64,000 nt of DNA from an uncultured Armatimonadetes bacterium (GCA_963716175.1 OY970296.1:3488001-3552000); one strand, 5' to 3'. Counted from the first letter of the stretch, positions 26,830-35,754 are shown. The notes: generated by a model not told the origin, from the letters alone. Translations and numbers: made by a program.

Positions 26830-28666
26830 TGAGACAATCGCCGCCCTCATAGCCCAGGTCAATGCGCTGCTCGCCGAAGGGGCGGGCCCCGAGATCGTCG
26901 GCCCCCTCCTCCAGCGGCTGAAGCAGTTATCGAAGCACGGTTCTTGCATCCACAACCTGCGGCGCATCGCCACCTTCCGCGCCGTGAAGAGAGATTCTGC
27001 GGTCAGTCAGGCCGCGCAGCGCTGGATCAAGCGCGGCCAGCGCGCCGCCCTCAAGCCGAGCAGGGCGGCGGGCCCGGTCACCAGGCAGCAGATAGGCCTC
27101 TGCCAGCAGTTCCTCGCGATAGATGCCCAGCCCGAGCCGCTCAGGTCCCGCCTCCTGGAGGCGAAGGCCCACGATCTGAACCTATCATTGCCGACCCTCC
27201 TCGGTAAGCTGAGGAAGGCGAAGGCACAGGGCCCGGATGGCCTCGCCCGCCGGCGCCGCCGCGATCGGGGGCGCTGCCGGGAGCCCGAGGAGGTTCAGGG
27301 GTTCTTCCGCGATCGGCGGATCAACAAGGCCACCCGCCACGAGCCGGTGCAGCTCTCCATCGATGCCACCCGGCGCGAGTTCCCCGATCTCCGGATCTCC
27401 GCCGATGCTTTGCGCCGCCTCGACCGGGGCATCGGGAGGCCGCTCACCATGAGCAAGGAAGAGAGGCGCCGGCGCTACCTCCCGAGCGGCCAGTGGGAGG
27501 TTGCGCACCCAAACCACACCTGGGTGCTCGACTGCACCGTCGCCGATCTCTTTGTCTGGGACGGCGATCCCGATGAGAAACCCTACCGGCCTCACCTCAC
27601 CGCCATCATAGATGAGTGCACCCAAAGCTGCATGTGGGCCATCTACACGAAGGAGACGCCCAGCACGGCCGTCCTCCAGGGCGTCCTTCTTCACGCCATT
27701 CTTCCCAAGAGCGATCCCGACTGGCCTCAGTGTGGTTTCCCCAGGTATCTGCACTGCGACAACGGCAAGGTTCAGACCTCGCACTGGCTCAGGCAAGTCT
27801 GTGCTGCCTGCCACACGAAGCTGGATCTCATGGGCGAAATCCGCCATGCCGGGATTCGCTCCCCCTGGCAGGACGGTCATATCGAAAGCTTCTTCGGCAT
27901 CGCCCACCGCCGTTTTGAGGGCCAGCTCGGGGCCTGCTATTGCGGGAATGACCCCAAGCGCCGGCCGGATTGCTTCGCCGACCCCGAGGGGAAAGGGCCT
28001 CGCGTCTGGCAGCAGTATCCGACGCTCGATATCCTCAATGAGGGCTTCCGCATCTGGATCAGCGCCGACTATCACCACGGCATGAAGCATAGCCGGCTGA
28101 AGATGAGCCGCGCCAGGTATTGGGACCTGCACGCGGATGGCTATGTCGCCGTGGTGCCGGAGGCTTACCTCCGGTACGAGCTGATGCAGCGCGACCAGCG
28201 CAATGTTGTCGGCCCCAGGGTTAGCATCTTCAATCGCGCCTACCGGCATGAGGATCTCATTGCCTATGACGGCATGAGACTCGAGGTCCGTTGGGATCCC
28301 GCTGATCTCACCAAAGTGGGCGTGGTCAGCCCCAGCGGGGCCGTCATTGTCGCCGCGCGAGAGCCGGTCGGCTCAGTGGATGATCCCAAGGATCTCTCCG
28401 CCCTCAAGGGCTGGCGCCGGCGCAGCAAGGCCAAGCTGGAGGCCATTGACACCGCCGCGCGGGTGCTGGCGGGAGGCACTGAGGCTGATCGCCGCACCTT
28501 CGAGGAGAGACTGACGAAGCATCGGGAGAGGCAGCCGATCCGCTTCACCGGCCGGCGCCCCCAGGTTCTCAAGCCAAAGCAGGAAGAGCAACCGGACGCC
28601 ACTGAGGCGCTCGACCTGATCCGGGGCGCAGGGCAGCGCGGCGTGGCCATGGCGGAGCGAGTCTAA
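26813..28666 (+). CDS. MuA/TnsB-like DDE transposase
   Basis: PNHTWVLDCT (D), LHCDNG (D), GHIESFF (E); Mu-transposase C-terminal-like EVRWDPADL. Confidence 0.92.
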   Translation: MNHQPDETIAALIAQVNALLAEGAGPEIVGPLLQRLKQLSKHGSCIHNLRRIATFRAVKRDSAVSQAAQRWIKRGQRAALKPSRAAGPVTRQQIGLCQQFLAIDAQPEPLRSRLLEAKAHDLNLSLPTLLGKLRKAKAQGPDGLARRRRRDRGRCREPEEVQGFFRDRRINKATRHEPVQLSIDATRREFPDLRISADALRRLDRGIGRPLTMSKEERRRRYLPSGQWEVAHPNHTWVLDCTVADLFVWDGDPDEKPYRPHLTAIIDECTQSCMWAIYTKETPSTAVLQGVLLHAILPKSDPDWPQCGFPRYLHCDNGKVQTSHWLRQVCAACHTKLDLMGEIRHAGIRSPWQDGHIESFFGIAHRRFEGQLGACYCGNDPKRRPDCFADPEGKGPRVWQQYPTLDILNEGFRIWISADYHHGMKHSRLKMSRARYWDLHADGYVAVVPEAYLRYELMQRDQRNVVGPRVSIFNRAYRHEDLIAYDGMRLEVRWDPADLTKVGVVSPSGAVIVAAREPVGSVDDPKDLSALKGWRRRSKAKLEAIDTAARVLAGGTEADRRTFEERLTKHRERQPIRFTGRRPQVLKPKQEEQPDATEALDLIRGAGQRGVAMAERV

Positions 28667-29397
28667 TGCAGGAATGGCGGCTGGGCAGTCAGATCATCTA
28701 TGCCATCGGTCCCCTCGAGGAGTATCTCGCGGCGCTTGATCTCTCGCCGCGCCTGGAGGGATGCGAGCAGCGCATCATCCTCGTGGTGGGCGATCCCGGC
28801 ACAGGGAAAACCGTTGCCGCTCGCATCTATGCCCGAGACTGTGACCGCCATCCGATCTACATCGCCATGCCCGCGGCCGAGATGCTCCGCCCCCGGGATC
28901 TCCTCGATATCCTCGGCCGCCCGGTCGGGCTCAGCTTCGACCTCCATTACCCCCGCTATGAGGTGGGGCAGCAGCTCGCCCGTGACAGCCTCGATCGCCC
29001 CCGCATCTTCCTTCTCGATGATGCCCATGCCATGGCCAGGGGCGGCTTGCTCGACATGCTCAGGTGGTTGCATGATGCCGGCGGCCACACCTTCGTGCTC
29101 ATCGGGCCGCCATCCCTGGAGAGGGAGTTTGTGGCCCGGCGCGACCTCGCCGGTCGCGTCGCCCTGCGCCACCAGGTCCGCTTACCCAGTGTAGACGAGA
29201 TCGCTCCCCTCTTCGACAGCCTCTCTGCTGAGGCACTGGAGCAGATCCACCAGGAGACAGGCGGCCGCATGCGCCAGGTGATAGCGCTCGAGAAATGGCT
29301 CGGCGAGCTCATCGAGCAGCGCAAGCTCGCCCCCTCGGATCTCGTGCCGAAGCAGGTGCAGATGGTGGCCCGGCACTTCATGGTGAAGGTGGCGTGA
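28666..29397 (+). CDS. MuB/TnsC-like AAA+ ATPase
   Basis: Walker A GDPGTGKT, Walker B FLLDDAH, FVLIG, LAGRV, TGGRMR; TAATG coupling to the transposase. Confidence 0.88.
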   Translation: MQEWRLGSQIIYAIGPLEEYLAALDLSPRLEGCEQRIILVVGDPGTGKTVAARIYARDCDRHPIYIAMPAAEMLRPRDLLDILGRPVGLSFDLHYPRYEVGQQLARDSLDRPRIFLLDDAHAMARGGLLDMLRWLHDAGGHTFVLIGPPSLEREFVARRDLAGRVALRHQVRLPSVDEIAPLFDSLSAEALEQIHQETGGRMRQVIALEKWLGELIEQRKLAPSDLVPKQVQMVARHFMVKVA

Positions 29398-29430
29398 TCC
29401 CTCAGCCATGGAGCGAAATGGGAAGGAGCA

Positions 29431-29670
29431 ATGAGCGGCACGAAAAGGGTGCGGGTCGATCACACAGCGGGCAGCCTAGCCAAGGTCGGAGTCGGGATCT
29501 TAGAAGGCGGGGGCGGCTACCTTCTAGAGTGCCGCATCTGTCTCCAGATATGGTCGCCGATGCAGGACATCCCGCTGGAAGAACTGACGACGAGGCGGCG
29601 GTTGCCCCGCGGCTGGTGGCATTGCCCCAACGGGCGCAATCATCCCAGCAAGGAGCCAGCGAGTAGCTAA
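29431..29670 (+). CDS. small putative zinc-ribbon protein
   Basis: AAGGAG RBS; CRIC..WSP..LPRGWWHCPNG. Confidence 0.6.
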   Translation: MSGTKRVRVDHTAGSLAKVGVGILEGGGGYLLECRICLQIWSPMQDIPLEELTTRRRLPRGWWHCPNGRNHPSKEPASS

Positions 29671-29999
29671 TGGGCACGAAGCGGCTTCCCCGAGATACAG
29701 AGAAGCAGAAGGCCTGGGCCCGCAAGCTCGGCGCCCAGGCAATCATCCCGCCAATCTGCTGCTTCCGTTACTACCGGGAGAGCATCGGGCAGTATTACCC
29801 CCGGCTCTTCCGCCGTGCCTTCGAGCTCGGCGCCGTCGCCGCGCTCAAGCAGGTGCTGCAGGAGATCGCCCAGCCCGATGATCCCTGCGCCGGGCTCCCC
29901 CCACACCTGGTCAAGTCTGCCCGGGCCACCAAGCGCGCCCGGGAGAGGAAGGCGGCACAGATCCACCCCGGCCGGGGGTCTAAGAGGGCGGCAGCATGA
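29670..29999 (+). CDS. basic hypothetical protein
   Basis: TAATG-coupled to the upstream ORF. Confidence 0.55.
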   Translation: MGTKRLPRDTEKQKAWARKLGAQAIIPPICCFRYYRESIGQYYPRLFRRAFELGAVAALKQVLQEIAQPDDPCAGLPPHLVKSARATKRARERKAAQIHPGRGSKRAAA

Positions 30000-30089
30000 T
30001 CCGAAGCAGACCGGGGCACCCTAAGGGGTTCTCCGGTTCACAGATAGCTGGCGGCGGCAGGGGCAACCAATGCGAGGAGGAAATCGCCC

Positions 30090-30473
30090 ATGCCTGAGAG
30101 GACGGTCGAGGGGTCGGACCCGGCGCGGCCAGCCGGGGTAGAGGAGCAGGAGGCGAAGATCATGCAGCGGTACTGGCGCCTGGAGATCATCACCGACGAA
30201 CCCGAGAGGGGACCGTGGCAGGAACTTCGCGACTTCTGGGCCCAGCTCAGCGGACGGATCCAGTCAGACATCGCGAAAGTGAGGGCGTTCTCGGCGAGCC
30301 CCGGAGCGCCTGAGAGCAAGAGAGCATGGATCGCGGTGTGCGCACAGGATGCCGAGCACGACCTCGGCGACGCTGCGGTGCTAGTGCGGTTCGCGATCGC
30401 GGAGCTGGAGCGGCTGGATTCCTCGCTAGGGGAAGCCGCAGAGGAAATGTCGCAGGCGCTCAAGGCCAGGTAG
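30090..30473 (+). CDS. hypothetical helical protein
   Basis: GAGGAGG RBS. Confidence 0.6.
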   Translation: MPERTVEGSDPARPAGVEEQEAKIMQRYWRLEIITDEPERGPWQELRDFWAQLSGRIQSDIAKVRAFSASPGAPESKRAWIAVCAQDAEHDLGDAAVLVRFAIAELERLDSSLGEAAEEMSQALKAR

Positions 30474-30725
30474 CAGGGGCCGGAAGGCCCCAAGAGGTTC
30501 GTGAAAGCTCATCAGTAGCCAAATCCGACCCCTGCCGTCGCCATCATAACAGGACCGGGCCGCTCCCACAAGCCCCATACAGAGGGCCGCGCTCTCCTCT
30601 GAACGCAGGCGGCGATCGCCCTGCAGATCCCGCCCTCCTGGGCCCCAGATCCGGGCGATCCCAGCGCCCTCCCGGGTCCTCGCCGGGGCTCCGAATCCCC
30701 TCTTCACCCCCCTCATCCCCGCCCC

Positions 30726-30820
30726 GTGTCAGACGTCCGCAGCGTCGAAATAGCACCACAGTATTCCGGGTCAACTCGCGCGACAGACGTCCGTATTCCA
30801 CTTTATCCCCGCGCGCCACA
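30726..30820 (-). repeat. transposon right end
   Basis: Reverse strand reads TGT-N8-GGGATAAAGTGGAA (30796-809) and GAGTTGACCCGGAA (30764-77); CAGACGTCCG occurs twice. Confidence 0.8.
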
Positions 30821-30835
30821 GCTGGGGGGATAATG

Positions 30836-30886
30836 TAAGCATTTGTTTGCAGAAGCCTTGACATAGAAACATGTGTTTGCTATACT
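30836..30886 (+). promoter_or_regulatory. sigma70 promoter with two LexA/SOS-like boxes
   Basis: TTGACA(30858)-N17-TATACT(30881); AAAC-ATGT-GTTT in the spacer and AAGC-ATTT-GTTT upstream. Confidence 0.7.
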
Positions 30887-30904
30887 TCGGTCAGGCATCA
30901 GACG

Positions 30905-31165
30905 ATGGCTAGTCTGGAAGTGATCGGGGAGGCGGTCCGGGTCTGCGCCTATTTTCCGTGGGGGCGGATCTCGCCGCGGTGGTTTGAGTGGAAAGGTCGC
31001 TGCTACCGGGTAGCAGAGATTCGGAGCCGCTGGGTGACTAACGAAGGGGTGGGCCGGTGCTATCACTTCGCGGTCACGGTGGAGGGACGCGCCGACCTCT
31101 ACGAGTTGTGCCTGCGTTCCGAGACCATGGGATGGCACTTGGGAGGCATTGACGTGACTGGATGA
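30905..31165 (+). CDS. DUF6504-like small protein
   Basis: PRWFEWKGRCYRVAEIRSRW..HFAV..LYEL..WHL. Confidence 0.7.
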   Translation: MASLEVIGEAVRVCAYFPWGRISPRWFEWKGRCYRVAEIRSRWVTNEGVGRCYHFAVTVEGRADLYELCLRSETMGWHLGGIDVTG

Positions 31166-31184
31166 GGACCGGCGATCTGCAGAT

Positions 31185-31314
31185 TAGAAGCTGTTTCATA
31201 ACCTTCCCAGGGGAGGTTATGAAACAGCCCTGCACAACGTCAGGCAGTGGCAGGCGCATTTTATGCGAGGGCGTGGTGCGGCCAGCCAGCAGGTAGGTTA
31301 TGAAATGCGCTCTA
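31185..31314 (+). mobile_element. 130-bp MITE copy 2
   Basis: Same element as 17759; splits a GCAGATTACGCAGAT repeat at its TA. Confidence 0.85.
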
Positions 31315-31356
31315 CGCAGATGGCATAGATGCAGGGGAGTCTGTAGGGCCAGCGGC

Positions 31357-32565
31357 ATGAGCGATACTAAGCCAAAGGTAAGACGGGTTTTCGCTCACGT
31401 GCGGGTGCACGGCCTGGGCGCTTCGGTGGAGGCGCGAGCGCACGGCGGAGGCAAGCCCGCGGTGCTGTGGGATGAGACCGGGCAGCGCGTGATGAGCGCC
31501 TCCGCCGCGGCCTGGCAGCGCGGGGTGCGGCCGGGTCATTCTCGCTGGGAGGCGGAGCGCCGATGCCCGGAGCTGATCGCGCCGCAGCCGGACCCGGAGA
31601 AGTATGAGTATTTCTGGCAGCGCCTCTTGGATATTTGCGAGGACTATGCGCCGGAGGTGCGAGTAGGAAAAGGATCCGCAGATTACGCAGAGATTCCGCT
31701 CGACCTCACTGGCACCGAGCGCTTGCTCGGACCTGCGAAGGTCGTCGGGTTGGAGATTCGCAACCGGCTGCGGGTGGAGGTGGGGCTGACGGCTTCCGTG
31801 GGCATTGGCCCCAACCGGATGGTGGCGTGGCTGGCCTGTGGGTCGGCGCGGCCCGGCGAAGTAGTCGAAGTGTCGTCGGAGGAGGCGGCCCGATTCGTGG
31901 GAGGGCTGCGCATCGGCGCGCTGCCCGGGGCGGATGCGGAGTGGATCGCGCGGCTGGGTGAAATGGGGATCAGGAGGGCGGAGGAGCTGGCCAAGCTGCC
32001 GGCCGTGACCGTGGAGAGAGCGCTGGGGGAGTGGGGGAGGAGGCTGTGGGAAATCGCGTGGGGTGGCGACCCCAGCCCCGGCGCGCAGGTTGCCTCCGAC
32101 GCGAGGGGCTGTGGGGAAGGAGAGGCGATCTCGGCCCAATGCGACCTTCGCCCCCCCACCGAGGCGCGGGAGCGGATCGGCGCGGCGGCGAGAAAGGCGG
32201 CCGAAGAAGCCGCTCGCAAGCTGCGGGGGCAGGGGCAGGTGGGCCGGCAGGTGAGAATAGAGCTGGTGTTTCGCGATCTGCGCGGGGTGGGAGCGCGGCG
32301 AACCCTGCCGCAGCCCACGCGCTCCGGCGAGGTGATCTTTCACGCCGCTCGCGCGCTGCTCGATCGCATGAAGCTGAACGGTCGCCTGGTGCGGCGGGTG
32401 CGGGTGCGCGTGGCGCGGCTGGCGCTGGCGCCGGACGGGGGCCAGCTCGCCCTGCCCCTGCTGGAGCGAGAGGCGCGCCGGGAGCGGCTGGCGGAGGTGG
32501 TGGATCGCATTAAAGATCGCTTCGGCGAAACCGCGGTGGCCCGCGCCAGCTTGCTGCGCGTCTGA
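31357..32565 (+). CDS. Y-family DNA polymerase-like protein, predicted inactive (ImuB-like)
   Basis: DinB fold motifs (ASVE, GVRPG, LDLTG, TASVGIGPN, VDRIKDRFG); catalytic acidic residues absent. Confidence 0.85.
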   Translation: MSDTKPKVRRVFAHVRVHGLGASVEARAHGGGKPAVLWDETGQRVMSASAAAWQRGVRPGHSRWEAERRCPELIAPQPDPEKYEYFWQRLLDICEDYAPEVRVGKGSADYAEIPLDLTGTERLLGPAKVVGLEIRNRLRVEVGLTASVGIGPNRMVAWLACGSARPGEVVEVSSEEAARFVGGLRIGALPGADAEWIARLGEMGIRRAEELAKLPAVTVERALGEWGRRLWEIAWGGDPSPGAQVASDARGCGEGEAISAQCDLRPPTEARERIGAAARKAAEEAARKLRGQGQVGRQVRIELVFRDLRGVGARRTLPQPTRSGEVIFHAARALLDRMKLNGRLVRRVRVRVARLALAPDGGQLALPLLEREARRERLAEVVDRIKDRFGETAVARASLLRV

Positions 32566-32720
32566 ATCCATGGGCGTGATGAATCACGCCCCTACCATGG
32601 CGGGCCGCCAAGCCCAGATTCCCCGGTCACACCCCCCTGGTTCGGTGACAGTTGAAAGAGCGCTTGGCTTGTGGCAACATATCGTATACTATGAGCTGAG
32701 GGGGAAGGATAGGAGGCGCC

Positions 32721-33287
32721 ATGGCCGCGATCGGAACCGCGGGATGGATTGTGATCGGTGTCGTCGCCTTGGTGGTGCTGTGGGCGATCATCACCTACAA
32801 CAGCATGATCACGCTGCGCAACCGTATTGACAATGCCTGGTCGCAGATTGATGTCCAGCTCCGGCGGCGCTACGACCTGATCCCCAACCTGGTGGAGACG
32901 GTGAAGGGCTATGCCGCACACGAGCGGCAGACCTTCGAGGCCGTGACCAAAGCGCGGCAGGCCGGCATTGACGCCCGCACCGTGCAGGATCAGGCGGCGG
33001 CGGAGAACATGATCACACAGGCCCTGCGCCGGCTGTTCGCGGTGGCCGAGGCCTATCCGCAGCTGCGGGCCACCGAGAACTTCCAGATGCTGCAAGAAGA
33101 GCTGTCGGGCACCGAGAGCAAGATCGCCTATGCCCGGCAGTTCTACAACGACTCCGTGCTCGGCTACCACAACCTGATCCAGTCCTTCCCGGCCCGCATC
33201 ATCGCCAACATGGGCGGGTTCAAGGTGCGGGACTACTTCGAGATCGAGGAGCCGGAGGCGCGGGCGCCGGTGAAGGTGCAGTTCTAG
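32721..33287 (+). CDS. lemA: LemA family protein
   Basis: [38 protein letters not shown]. Confidence 0.95.
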   Translation: MAAIGTAGWIVIGVVALVVLWAIITYNSMITLRNRIDNAWSQIDVQLRRRYDLIPNLVETVKGYAAHERQTFEAVTKARQAGIDARTVQDQAAAENMITQALRRLFAVAEAYPQLRATENFQMLQEELSGTESKIAYARQFYNDSVLGYHNLIQSFPARIIANMGGFKVRDYFEIEEPEARAPVKVQF

Positions 33288-33376
33288 GAACCCCATCCGC
33301 AGATTACGCAGATCGGCGCAGATCACGGCGGGCATGCTGCGCATGTCCGCCGCGGAGTTGGTCAGGCCAGGCAGCT

Positions 33377-34261
33377 ATGTACGACCAGATAGCTAGCAAC
33401 AAGCGGCGGTCTTACCTGCTGATCTTCGCGTTCATCGTGGTGATCATCGGGATCGGCTACGTGTTCTCGCTCTACACGGAGCTGGGTCAGTATGCTTTGG
33501 TGGCGGCAGTGGCCTTCGCGCTGCTCATGAGTTGGGGGGGCTACTACTACAGTGACCGGCTCGTGCTCAGCATGAGCGGGGCGAGCGCGGTGACGAAAGA
33601 GCAGGAGCCCCACCTCTGGAACGTGGTGGAGGGGTTGAGTCTGGCCGCGGGTGTGCGCATGCCGCGGCTCTACGTGATTGAGGACACCGCGCCCAATGCC
33701 TTCGCCACCGGGCGGGATCCGCAGCATGCCGCGCTGGCAGTGACGCGGGGACTGCTTCAGAAGATGAACCGGATTGAACTGGAGGGCGTGGTCGGCCACG
33801 AGATGGCCCATATCCGGGACTACGACATTCGCTTCATGATGCTGGTCACAGTCCTGGTCGGCACGGTGGTGCTGCTCTCGGACTGGATGACCCGCAGCCT
33901 CTGGTATGGCGGCGGGCGGCGGCGCAGCTCCCGGGGCGGAGGCGGCGGCATCCTGCTGCTGTTTGGGCTGATCTTCGTGATCCTCTCACCTATCATCGCG
34001 CAGTTGATGCAGCTCGCCGTCTCCCGCCGGCGGGAGTTCCTAGCCGACGCGGAAGGCGCGCGTCTGACCCGCTACCCCGAGGGCCTGGCCAGCGCGCTGC
34101 AGAAGATCGCGGCTGATACCGAGCCCCTAGAGGTAGCGAACAAGGCCACCGCGCAGCTCTATATCTACAACCCGCTGCGGGACCACAAGGGCTGGCTGAA
34201 TGGGCTCTTCGACACCCATCCCCCGGTGGAGGAGAGGATCAAGCGGCTGAGGAAGATGTGA
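33377..34261 (+). CDS. htpX: M48 zinc metalloprotease HtpX
   Basis: PNAFATG, HEMAH, SRRREFLAD, THPPVEERI. Confidence 0.93.
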   Translation: MYDQIASNKRRSYLLIFAFIVVIIGIGYVFSLYTELGQYALVAAVAFALLMSWGGYYYSDRLVLSMSGASAVTKEQEPHLWNVVEGLSLAAGVRMPRLYVIEDTAPNAFATGRDPQHAALAVTRGLLQKMNRIELEGVVGHEMAHIRDYDIRFMMLVTVLVGTVVLLSDWMTRSLWYGGGRRRSSRGGGGGILLLFGLIFVILSPIIAQLMQLAVSRRREFLADAEGARLTRYPEGLASALQKIAADTEPLEVANKATAQLYIYNPLRDHKGWLNGLFDTHPPVEERIKRLRKM

Positions 34262-34301
34262 GGGGCAGGCTCAGGGAGTCGTTCCGTAAGAGACATCTCC
34301 G

Positions 34302-35437
34302 ATGGATCGGCGGGCGTTTATCAAACTGACGGGTATGGGCTTGGCGGCGGGGTGGCTGGACCGCGTGGGCTTTGCGGCGGAGGAGAGAGCAATGGGTGAG
34401 CAGGCGAATAGAATCATGATCGGCGTGAGCGCATATCCGAATGCCGACATCGGGTTGATGCGGGAGGCCGGGATCGAGTGGGTCCGGCACGGATTCTCGG
34501 TCCCGTTCACAGACCGGCTGAATGGAGAGGTGAGCGAGGCCTACCGCGAGGAGAAGGCGGAGGCGGAGCGGTGGGTGGCGGCCGGCATGAAGCTGATGGG
34601 CATCACGCCGGGGCCGGGATCGCAGACATTCGAGCGGGATGCGGCCGGGCAGCTCCGGCCGGTGTGGCACAACGGCATGCCGGACTGGTGCGGCCCGCTT
34701 GGCAGTGAGCAGAATCTCCGGAGCTTAGAGGCGATCTGCGCCTGGATGGCCAGGGATCTGAAGGGCATGGTGGCGGCCTGGCAGGTGTGCAATGAGCTGG
34801 AATGCCCCAACTTCGCGGGCCCGCTCAACCTGCGCCAGGCCTGCGAGCTGATCTTGGCTGCGCGCGCGGGCTGAAGGCAAGCGATGGCTCGCTCTTCGCG
34901 GGGATGAACACAGGTGGCGACCCGGAGGGATACTATCTGTTCGGCCGATTGTTCGCGGACCCAGCGGCGCCGCTGGACTACTGCGGGGATGACGAGTACT
35001 ACGGGAGCTGGCATCCGGGCGGCCCAGAGCAGATGGCGGACCGCATCGCGGAGCTGCACGCGATCACAGGCAAGCCGGTGGTGCTGAACGAGTTCGGCTT
35101 CTCCTCCGCGGGGGAACCGAAACGGGACGCGAGCGGGAGGCTGCCAGAGGGGGGAGGGTGTGAGACGAAGTCGTGGTGGCGGACCTGGGGCCCTGGGCAT
35201 ACGCCGGAAGGCCAGGCGGAGTTCGTGCGCGTGATCTTCGATGCCTTCCGCGCCCAGCGAGACAAGCTGGCTGGCGTGTTCTTCTACCGTTGGGAGGATC
35301 AGGAGCGCTGCTGGAGCTGCGGGTCGCCGGACTGTCCGATCGAGACCCGGTGGGGGCTGGTGGACCTGAAAGGTAAGCCCAAGCCGGCCTACCATGCGTT
35401 CAAGGAGGGGGTGCGCAGGTTGAGGGCAACCGATTAG
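34302..35437 (+). CDS. Tat-exported clan-A glycoside hydrolase-like protein, frameshifted near 34861
   Basis: MDRRAFIK Tat motif, WQVCNE acid/base, VLNEFG nucleophile, WGLVD..PKPAY; two overlapping ORFs. Confidence 0.7.
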
Positions 35438-35522
35438 GCGCCGGGCAGTTACAGAGGGCGCGGCGGAGAAATCGCGCTTGACGATTCCCCGCACTTTGTG
35501 GTACAAAGTCAACGGTACTGAA

Positions 35523-35621
35523 ATGTCAGTGCGATCTCTCATCAATCTGGGCCGCTGGGTGTGGCGTGGCGAAGGCCTCGGCTTGCCGGGCTCCCGCGCG
35601 CACAGCTACCCCATGAGATAG
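35523..35621 (+). CDS. trpL: trp operon leader peptide (32 aa)
   Basis: MSVRSLINLGRWVWRG... with two Trp codons upstream of the antiterminator and terminator. Confidence 0.75.
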   Translation: MSVRSLINLGRWVWRGEGLGLPGSRAHSYPMR

Positions 35622-35656
35622 AGATCGCGCAAACAGAATAGACGGCGGAAGAACCA

Positions 35657-35693
35657 GACCAGCCCGGCAAGCCCGGGCTGGTCGTTTTCGTTT
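35657..35693 (+). terminator. trp attenuator terminator
   Basis: GACCAGCCCGG-CAAGC-CCGGGCTGGTC-GTTTTCGTTT; 35581-92 is complementary to 35661-72. Confidence 0.85.
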
Positions 35694-35754
35694 GGCGGGG
35701 ACGGCGATCCGCAGATTGCGCAGATTAGAGAGAATGGTAGCGGTGGAGGCTGAA

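Larger units (their letters stand above)
18556..30820 (+). mobile_element. 12,265-bp Mu/Tn7-superfamily DDE transposon carrying phage tail-assembly-like cargo
   Basis: GCTGG direct repeat at 18551-18555 and 30821-30825; TGT...ACA termini; 14-bp sites at position 12 of both ends; encodes DDE transposase plus AAA ATPase. Confidence 0.9.

Noticed and set aside
18556-30820. CRISPR-associated transposon (CAST)
   Set aside because: No Cas, TnpB or TniQ ORF and no repeat-spacer array recognised
18556-30820. Complete Mu-like prophage or tailocin
   Set aside because: Only 12.3 kb, and no head, packaging, tube, sheath, baseplate or lysis genes recognised
17759-31314. 130-bp direct repeats as attL/attR of a 13.5-kb prophage or ends of a composite transposon
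   Set aside because: A third copy lies at 59072, there is no integrase, and the true ends with a 5-bp duplication map to 18556 and 30820
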